Assembly: GCA_052034955.1 (NCBI GenBank) | Contig: JBPOHZ010000015.1 | Span: 26,998 to 90,997, forward strand | Length of the DNA stretch: 64,000 bases | DNA from: Candidatus Saccharimonadota bacterium | Lineage (GTDB): Bacteria > Patescibacteriota > Saccharimonadia > Saccharimonadales > AWTP1-31 | Reading direction: 5' to 3' | Shown here: piece after piece, positions 57,554-64,000 of the stretch | Position numbering within the stretch: position 1 is the stretch's first letter | Layout: every line of letters starts with the position of its first letter | The notes under the pieces: generated by a model | The model's database searches: none | Told to the model about the DNA's origin: nothing | The model's input: the letters and a program-made list of their open reading frames with translations, nothing else | Translations under genes and position numbers: made by a program

Positions 57554-57910
57554 ATGCAATTATCACAGAAATACTTACATGACCGAGTTATTCTATTACT
57601 TCTTAGTTTCAATACATTTCTAACATTAATTGGTTCTGTACTTATCTTTTTACAACTTGGTAGTGGCCAGAGTGGCAGGGTGATTGTAGCTTATCGTCCT
57701 AACTTAGGGATTAACTCCTATACACCCGGAAAGTCATCTGATTTCTTGGCATTTGCGTTGTTTCTATTTGTAACATTGGGATTAAACATCGCTTTAAGTG
57801 CACGAATCTACAGCAAGCACCGAAGTTATGCCCTCACAGTTCTCGGACTGGGTTCCTTGGTGGCAGTCGTTACCATTATTGTCAGTAATGCACTTCTGAT
57901 CTTAGGATAA
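57554..57910 (+). CDS. small membrane protein
   Basis: Three TM helices; its stop lies 2 nt before the GT2 start. Confidence 0.45.
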   Translation: MQLSQKYLHDRVILLLLSFNTFLTLIGSVLIFLQLGSGQSGRVIVAYRPNLGINSYTPGKSSDFLAFALFLFVTLGLNIALSARIYSKHRSYALTVLGLGSLVAVVTIIVSNALLILG

Positions 57911-57912
57911 TC

Positions 57913-59511
57913 ATGAAAACTACAGATATAGAGATACCTTACGAAGCTGACAGGGGCAGACGATATCGATTTTTCGAGATGCTGCCAGGCATTATGACCT
58001 GGTCCATCCTCGTGTTGCCATTTATTGTTAGTATTTTTGCACCAGAAGTGGTCATCGTATTCACTATATTCTACATTTTACTGTGGCTAGTTAAATCTAT
58101 CGGTATGTTGGTTCGCAATGCACAGGGAATTAAGCAGATGAACAAGTTCTCAAAGATGAATTGGGCAGAGCTTAATGATGATTTACAGAGGGGAGTCATC
58201 CCCGAAGGCAGGGGTGCACCAAGCTGGCATGCAGAAAGCCTGGCAAGGCTAAAAGATATCAAGCCTGACGACATTATTCACGCAGTGTTTATTGCAGCAT
58301 ATAACGAAACAAAAGAAGTTCTTGAACCGACAATTCAGTCTGTTATTGACTCCAATTATGATATGAAGAAGGTGATTCTAGTACTGGCTTACGAAGGCCG
58401 GGACGGAGCCCAGGCCGAGAAGCCAATGCTAGAGCTCTCCAAAAAGTACGGCGATAAGTTTGCCCATATCTTAGTTGCAAAACACCCTTTTAACCCCAAG
58501 GAAGTTAGGGGCAAGGGCGGAAACATTACCTATGCTGCCCGACAACTCGAAACATATCTCAAGCGGGAAAAGATTGACCCTATGAAGGTCATAGTTACGA
58601 CTCTTGATTCCGACAACCGGCCACATAAAGAGTATTTTGGGGCTTTAACCTATCTTTACTGTGTCTGCCCAGATCCGTTGCACTCTTCTTTCCAGCCGGT
58701 CATTATTTATACTCAAAATATTTGGGACGTCCCAGCACCGATGAGGGTTATTGCCACTGGTAACTCATTCTGGAACATTACTTTGTCTATGCGACAGCAT
58801 ATGATCCGTAATTTTAGCTCTCATGCCCAGAGTATGCAGGCCTTAATTGATACGGACTATTGGAGTGTCAGAACTGTTGTAGAGGATGGTCACCACTTCT
58901 GGCGTACTTATTTCCGCTACGACGGTAATCACGAGGTTTATCCTTTATTTGTACCAATCAATCAGGATGCTGTTTTTTCCTCTAGCTATATAAAGACTCT
59001 AAAGATGCAGTTTGTGCAATTGCGTCGCTGGGCTTGGGGGGCGTCAGACATTGCATATGTCGTCGACAAGGGTTTCTTTACTCCCAATAAGGTGCCCAAG
59101 AAAGACTTAATAATGAAGTTGGCTCGACTTTGGGAGGGCCACATCAGTTGGTCTACAGCGCCGCTGATACTTATGTTTATAGGCTTTATACCTTCTTTAG
59201 TAAATCCTCGAGATTATGCTTCGGCTCAATTACCGGTGCTGATTAGCCAAATACAGCGCTTTGCAATGGTGGGCATTTTAGCTACCTTGTTCCTTAGTCT
59301 AAAAATGCTGCCACCTAAGCCGGAACGCTACAAACGGCATCGAAACATATTCATGGTCTTACAATGGGTACTATTGCCGTTCACAACCATAATATATAAC
59401 TCTTTCTCTGCAATTAACGCTCAAACAAGATTAATGTTTGGTAAATACTTAGACAAGTTTGACGTTACCGACAAGGCAATTAAGACCGACGACAACAAGA
59501 CCGTTATCTAG
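57913..59511 (+). CDS. family-2 glycosyltransferase, processive type (cellulose/chitin-synthase-like), membrane-embedded
   Basis: GT-A motifs (AYNE, DSD) and the processive-synthase signature QLRRW (QxxRW), with TM helices at both ends. Confidence 0.7.
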   Translation: MKTTDIEIPYEADRGRRYRFFEMLPGIMTWSILVLPFIVSIFAPEVVIVFTIFYILLWLVKSIGMLVRNAQGIKQMNKFSKMNWAELNDDLQRGVIPEGRGAPSWHAESLARLKDIKPDDIIHAVFIAAYNETKEVLEPTIQSVIDSNYDMKKVILVLAYEGRDGAQAEKPMLELSKKYGDKFAHILVAKHPFNPKEVRGKGGNITYAARQLETYLKREKIDPMKVIVTTLDSDNRPHKEYFGALTYLYCVCPDPLHSSFQPVIIYTQNIWDVPAPMRVIATGNSFWNITLSMRQHMIRNFSSHAQSMQALIDTDYWSVRTVVEDGHHFWRTYFRYDGNHEVYPLFVPINQDAVFSSSYIKTLKMQFVQLRRWAWGASDIAYVVDKGFFTPNKVPKKDLIMKLARLWEGHISWSTAPLILMFIGFIPSLVNPRDYASAQLPVLISQIQRFAMVGILATLFLSLKMLPPKPERYKRHRNIFMVLQWVLLPFTTIIYNSFSAINAQTRLMFGKYLDKFDVTDKAIKTDDNKTVI

Positions 59512-59917
59512 TCCGTCTTCTATTGAGGGCTTTATATTGAACGCCAGCGACTTTATCAAATCTATTTAACGTCTCGGTTGTGGTCTTTACGATCGTTGCG
59601 GTTGTAGTAGTACTGTCCAGTAACTTCTTCATTAGTTTGGCAGTCACCGTGTCGGTTAGTCCTCTGGCATCCTCAACAGGATTTACACGGTGTTTACAAC
59701 ATTCGTAGATGCTCAGGAAGAGGCTATCAGAACTAAACTTGGTTGTGCGACCTTGGGAATCAGCTACTAACAGGGCCTTAGACAGGTCTATGGTCTCTGT
59801 AGTTGTGGTCGTTTGGGCACAGTTTAAGCACTGACGCCGTCGCCAGGTAGTATTTGTCTTCTTTTGGTGACGGGAGTTAAAGACTAATGTTTTAGAACCA
59901 CAAAATATGCATAACAT
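59504..59917 (-). CDS. nrdR: transcriptional repressor NrdR
   Basis: N-terminal zinc ribbon C.FC.......SR......RRR.C..C and an ATP-cone-like remainder. Confidence 0.75.
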   Translation of the reverse strand: MLCIFCGSKTLVFNSRHQKKTNTTWRRRQCLNCAQTTTTTETIDLSKALLVADSQGRTTKFSSDSLFLSIYECCKHRVNPVEDARGLTDTVTAKLMKKLLDSTTTTATIVKTTTETLNRFDKVAGVQYKALNRRRTR

Positions 59918-60258
59918 GACTACATATTGTCATATGGCAATAAATAATGCTAGTGGATAAACTATATAAAGCTGTGGGAAAGACATACTAAAGAGCACAT
60001 CAGAGGGGATATGCTTCAAAAACACGTTAAGAAAGACTAATCTTCGCTAACGTATCTTCGGGTTCGTCGTATTCGACTAATTTGCTTCGAAGAAGCTAGT
60101 TCCTCATAGAAAAGCTTAAAGCTCTCCAGAGAACTTTTTTTGCTGGTACTCAACCAAACACCTCATTAACACGCTTATGTTAACATAAATAGTATCAAAA
60201 GTCAATGTATGATCAATTACTCACGGTGTTATTCAGTTGTAAATTTTGTTAACGTCAA

Positions 60259-60783
60259 CTATATAATGTCGCCAGGTTCAACCATGACAGTAGAGGGGTC
60301 TCTTTGTCCGGCGGCTAACTGGGTCGCAGTAGTGAGCCTGTCCATTTGAACTTCTTGGGTAGCCTGTGTCTCAAGGGTACTTATCTGAGCTTGAGCACGG
60401 TTCGCATTAACTACATTAATTATTCCTACGGCTGCATACAACCCAGCGATAGCAAGCCGTGATGGCGTAACATTATCTGTAGGGACTCTTAAGTTTTCCC
60501 ATGGTAGATTTTGTAGCACTGTTGAGTTGTAGAATCTGGATATGCTTGCTTCAGTAAAGGCATCAACTACCGCGCCAGCTGAAGTGAGTGTAGCGACCGA
60601 TGTGGCTGCTCTTGAGCGCCTAAGGCTGCGCTGAATTCTCGGAATACGAGATTCATACTCAGCTTCTTGATAAATACTGCGATTTGTTCTGGCCATATAC
60701 CAACATAATAACATAAATACGCATATATGTCTATAGTATTTACTAACATACATATTGCTTTTATCTCTGTTATCGGCTATCAT
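60259..60783 (-). CDS. hypothetical protein with one TM segment (alternative start at Met 60693)
   Basis: ORF only. Confidence 0.35.
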   Translation of the reverse strand: MIADNRDKSNMYVSKYYRHICVFMLLCWYMARTNRSIYQEAEYESRIPRIQRSLRRSRAATSVATLTSAGAVVDAFTEASISRFYNSTVLQNLPWENLRVPTDNVTPSRLAIAGLYAAVGIINVVNANRAQAQISTLETQATQEVQMDRLTTATQLAAGQRDPSTVMVEPGDII

Positions 60784-60801
60784 CTCTAGGTGTTTAGGGA
60801 C

Positions 60802-60878
60802 GGGCGATTAGCTCATTTGGCTAGAGCGCCACATTGACGTTGTGGAGGTGAGAGGTTCGAATCCTCTATCGCCCACCA
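60802..60878 (+). tRNA. tRNA-Val (anticodon GAC)
   Basis: Acceptor GGGCGAT/ATCGCCC, anticodon loop TTGACGT, T-loop TTCGAAT, CCA. Confidence 0.85.
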
Positions 60879-60887
60879 GAAACACTT

Positions 60888-60916
60888 AGATCTACGTATG
60901 TAGATCTTTTTATTTA
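60888..60916 (+). terminator. rho-independent terminator after tRNA-Val
   Basis: AGATCTAC-gtat-GTAGATCT hairpin followed by TTTTTATTT. Confidence 0.7.
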
Positions 60917-61112
60917 TCAGAAATATCTGTTCAGCTAACAAGACACACTGTTTATATTTACACCAGAAATGATATAAAACAGGGAATAGTTTTCCCCAGT
61001 GGATAATGTAAAAAAAGCGACACTAATGTACTAGCCATATAATACTAACCTTGTTATGATGGTTGGAGTGAAGTTTTGAGATTAGTTTTTTTGAGAGAAA
61101 ACAGTTTCGACA

Positions 61113-61155
61113 AAGCGGTTGAATGACATGCGAAATCATTTAACCGCTTTTTTAG
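61113..61155 (+). terminator. terminator-like hairpin inside the long thrS upstream region
   Basis: AAGCGGTT ... AACCGCTT stem (with inner AATGA/TCATT pairing) followed by TTTTTT. Confidence 0.5.
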
Positions 61156-61397
61156 TCCCCAACAGCGCTGCTTATAGGGGTGTGATATAATACCAAAAGC
61201 GTTGAAGCGGCCTAACCACCCGTCGAGCAAGCCTAAGTCATGGTAAGAGCAAGGCTATAAATAAGTGCTTACAACAGTCAATGTCGAGGTGGAACCTCCG
61301 TTATCACACAAGAACGGACCGAGACGCGTGCAAATTTAAGTATGTTTTTGCGAGGATACTTAAAAGCAGGCGTCTTTTTATATATAAAGGAGAAAAC

Positions 61398-63206
61398 ATG
61401 GCTCAAGACAACCAAGACAAACTACATCCAATGCGACATTCTTTGGCGCATATCATGGCTACAGCCGTAACTGCTCTTTGGCCGGAGGCTAAACTAGGAG
61501 TCGGTCCTGTGGTAGAGAATGGCTTTTATTACGATATCGATCTCGGTGATACCACTATTTCAGAGGATGACTTTAGCAAGATAGAGAAGAAGATGCGCGG
61601 TATCATTGCTCAAGATCAGGCCTTTATACGTTCCGAAAAGGGAATAGACGAGGCCATCGCCTGGGCAAAGGAAGCCAAGCAGCCCTACAAAGAAGAACTT
61701 CTGAATGATCTCAAGCGAGCCGGTACCACCGTAGCCAAAGATCTTGATGCCGAAGAGCTTGGAACAATCACCGAAGGTGACTCTCGGGTAGACAATGTCT
61801 CGTTTTATACCAATGGCGACTTCACCGACCTCTGTCGAGGCCCACATGTCGAGTCGACAGGTAAAGTGGGCGCCTTTAAGTTAATGCGCATCGCCGGAGC
61901 CTACTGGCGCGGTAAAGAAACAAACCCTCAGATGCAGCGACTTTATGGCGTAGCCTTCGAGACCCAAGAAGAACTCGATCATTATCTAGAAATGCTAGAA
62001 GAGGCTAAAGCTCGTGATCACCGAAAGCTTGGCAAAGAACTAGAACTTTTCTTTTTCCACGAGACCGCACTTGGAATGGCTTATTGGTTACCAAATGGAG
62101 TAGTTCTATATAATAAGCTAGTTGATTTCTGGCGCGAAGAACATCGTAACAGAGGTTACCAAGAGATTGTATCGCCAATACTAAATAAGAAAGATCTTTA
62201 TCAGACATCCGGTCACTTTGACCATTACTGGGATGATATGTTCACTTCTACGAATGATGAAGGTGAAGAGTATGGCATAAAGGCTATGAACTGCCCAAAT
62301 GCCATGGTTGTGTTTAAACATGGTCAACGTTCTTATAGAGATCTTCCACTGAGATTTTCAGATACCGACCCGCTTCATCGTAACGAAATGTCAGGTTCGC
62401 TAAATGGCCTTCTTAGGATTCGTCAATTTAGACAAGACGATGCGCATATCTTTGTAACAGAAGATCAGATAAAAGAAGAATATGAAAAGATTTTTGAAAT
62501 AACTGAGCGGTTCTATGAAATTTTTGGCTTAGACTATTCCTTCAGACTGGGCACACGACCAGAGAAGTTCATGGGAGATCCGAAGCTATGGGATAGCGCT
62601 GAGTCTACATTAAAGCAAATACTAGAAGAAAGTGGCAAAGACTTCTTTATCGAAGAAGGTGACGGTGCATTCTATGGTCCCAAGATTGATATTCTAATGA
62701 AGGATAGCCTTGGTCGTCCATGGCAGATGGGAACACTACAGCTAGATTTCCAACAACCAATTAGATTTGATCTTAAATATACAGACGAAGATGGAACAGA
62801 GAAAACACCTATCGCAATACACCGTGTAATCTACGGTTCATTGGAAAGATTCATTGGTATCTTAATTGAGCATGTTGGAGGATGGTTCCCATTCTGGCTA
62901 GCTCCAGAACAAGTAAGGATTTTGACTATCAATGACCAAATGGGTGACTACGTTAGTAAGATCACAGACATTCTAGGGTCGGTCGTCTTAATGAAGCCTG
63001 TTAAATATAACGAGATTCGCTACACCGTAGATGAACGCAATGAATCACTAGGTAAGAAAATTCGTGATGCTGCAGGAATGAAGATACCTGTGACCCTGAT
63101 TGTTGGGCCAAAAGATGCAGAAGCTTTAGAGGTAAGTGTTCGATTGCAGGATGGGGAGCAAAAGGTTAAGTTAAGTGATCTCAAGGAATTCCTAGAGAAT
63201 CTATAA
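61398..63206 (+). CDS. thrS: threonyl-tRNA synthetase
   Basis: ATG at 61398 after AAAGGAG. Editing-domain HSLAHIMA, class II motifs (FRQDDAHIF, GDGAFYGPKID) and a C-terminal anticodon-binding domain. Confidence 0.9.
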   Translation: MAQDNQDKLHPMRHSLAHIMATAVTALWPEAKLGVGPVVENGFYYDIDLGDTTISEDDFSKIEKKMRGIIAQDQAFIRSEKGIDEAIAWAKEAKQPYKEELLNDLKRAGTTVAKDLDAEELGTITEGDSRVDNVSFYTNGDFTDLCRGPHVESTGKVGAFKLMRIAGAYWRGKETNPQMQRLYGVAFETQEELDHYLEMLEEAKARDHRKLGKELELFFFHETALGMAYWLPNGVVLYNKLVDFWREEHRNRGYQEIVSPILNKKDLYQTSGHFDHYWDDMFTSTNDEGEEYGIKAMNCPNAMVVFKHGQRSYRDLPLRFSDTDPLHRNEMSGSLNGLLRIRQFRQDDAHIFVTEDQIKEEYEKIFEITERFYEIFGLDYSFRLGTRPEKFMGDPKLWDSAESTLKQILEESGKDFFIEEGDGAFYGPKIDILMKDSLGRPWQMGTLQLDFQQPIRFDLKYTDEDGTEKTPIAIHRVIYGSLERFIGILIEHVGGWFPFWLAPEQVRILTINDQMGDYVSKITDILGSVVLMKPVKYNEIRYTVDERNESLGKKIRDAAGMKIPVTLIVGPKDAEALEVSVRLQDGEQKVKLSDLKEFLENL

Positions 63207-63517
63207 TGAGCCGGGTCGATCCAGACTTTAACGACAGAGTTTATGCCCTGGTTGCAACTATACCTGAGCTTAAGGTCATGACATATGGGCAGATAGCCGC
63301 CGCAAGTGGAGCGGCTTGGGCAGCTTGGGAAGTAGGGCAAATTGCACATACTGGCCCACCCGATCTACCATGGCAAAGAGTGGTCAATAAGCAAGGTGGA
63401 TTAGCTAGTGGCTATCCAGGCGGGAAAGCAGGCCATAGGCAGGTACTAGAGAATGAGGGATTCGAGGTGTCCGAAGATTACTCAATAGATATTGAGAGGT
63501 ATTTATGGCAACCATAA
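63206..63517 (+). CDS. alkyltransferase-like protein (MGMT DNA-binding domain lacking the acceptor Cys)
   Basis: Matches the MGMT C-domain pattern (YG.IA.....AARAVG.A...N........P.HRVV), but with LPWQRVV instead of PCHRVV. Start overlaps the thrS stop (ATGA). Confidence 0.6.
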   Translation: MSRVDPDFNDRVYALVATIPELKVMTYGQIAAASGAAWAAWEVGQIAHTGPPDLPWQRVVNKQGGLASGYPGGKAGHRQVLENEGFEVSEDYSIDIERYLWQP

Positions 63518-64000
63518 CTAAACCACTGATTGTAATTGTCGGCCAAACGGCCAGTGGCAAAACGGCCCTGGCCGTAGATTTGGCGCTGCGATTCGATGGC
63601 GAGGTCATCTGCGCCGACTCCCGGACCGTATATAAAGGCATGAATATTGGCACTGCCAAGCCAAGACTGCCAGAAATGAAGGGGGTGCCTCATCATTTAT
63701 TAGATATCATCGATCCGGACCAAGCATTTAATGTTTCTGATTTTAAGCGATTAGCCGACAGGGCAATCACTGATATTCAAGGTCGTGGCAAATTGCCAAT
63801 TCTGGTAGGCGGTAGTGGTCTTTATATTAACTCGGTTATCTATAATTATGATTTTGCCGACTCAAAAGGGCCGAGGGACGAACTTAATCCTAGGCATTTG
63901 GCTGGCGATCTACCAAAACCAGAACAGCGGATTAGACCAAATACATTGGTTCTGGGGATCGATATTGAACCGGATATTTTAAAGACTAGAATTATAAAAC
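63505..64000 (+). CDS. miaA: tRNA dimethylallyltransferase, 3'-truncated by window edge
   Basis: P-loop GQTASGKT and DSRTVYKGMNIGTAKP, then LLDI..P...F.V..F; open to the end of the window. Confidence 0.8.
   Translation, partial: MATITKPLIVIVGQTASGKTALAVDLALRFDGEVICADSRTVYKGMNIGTAKPRLPEMKGVPHHLLDIIDPDQAFNVSDFKRLADRAITDIQGRGKLPILVGGSGLYINSVIYNYDFADSKGPRDELNPRHLAGDLPKPEQRIRPNTLVLGIDIEPDILKTRIIK

Noticed and set aside
59930-60000. Possible NrdR box (ACATATTGTCATATGG) upstream of nrdR
   Set aside because: Only a loose resemblance to the 16-bp NrdR-box palindrome. NrdR boxes normally precede nrd operons, not nrdR itself. There is a single copy rather than the usual tandem pair.
1-64000. rRNA genes, tmRNA, RNase P RNA, SRP RNA
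   Set aside because: No stretch matched the conserved cores I know for these RNAs. Intergenic regions are short apart from the thrS leader and the mobile islet.

Overview
The window is a dense, mostly housekeeping bacterial chromosomal segment, with about 82 supportable features. Gene content (a secretin-less type IV pilus locus, many small genes, a reduced repertoire) suggests a monoderm or CPR/Saccharibacteria-like organism; that assignment is my inference only.

Core genes, in order: polA (5' partial), mutM, holA, rpsT, truB, an ABC-F ATPase, rpsO and pnp, a family-4-like uracil-DNA glycosylase (UDG), RNase J, ftsK, the rpsF-ssb-rpsR block, efp, tlyA, ychF, an xerC/D-like recombinase, ndk, a GT2 glycosyltransferase, nrdR, thrS, an alkyltransferase-like protein, and miaA (3' partial).

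The largest operon is a type IV pilus locus at 39355-50457: pilM-N-O, a small membrane protein, pilB, pilT, pilC, a major pilin, pilD, then four pilin-like genes. It has no secretin.

Six tRNAs are present: Arg-CCU, Asp-GUC, Thr-CGU, Gly-CCC, Val-GAC, and none elsewhere. No rRNA and no CRISPR array were found.

Accessory or unusual regions:
- 2660-6300: a minus-strand islet with an IS1595-family transposase, a replication-relaxation-family protein and a repeat-containing hypothetical.
- 20869-21527: three tandem paralogous small two-TM proteins joined by an identical 14-nt overlap.
- 33982-39305: two paralogous large secreted Cys/Ser/Thr/Asn-rich proteins plus a membrane-anchored chaperone-like protein, immediately upstream of the pilus operon.
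- 54730-57450: a tRNA-Asp-linked array of single-gene cassettes. Each cassette is preceded by an approximately 55-bp repeat that carries a 10-4-10 palindrome and a tRNA-3'-end-like att remnant. One exact 18-nt duplicate of the tRNA-Asp 3' end lies 170 bp from the tRNA, and an HNH endonuclease overlaps tRNA-Thr.
- Single proteins of note: a 467-aa HExxH protein, and a proline-rich protein with a catalytically degenerate DHH-like domain.
- 60916-61397: a long structured thrS leader with two terminator-like hairpins and a T-box-like GGTGGAACC motif.

All functional calls rest on motifs I recognised in the supplied translations; no database search was run.
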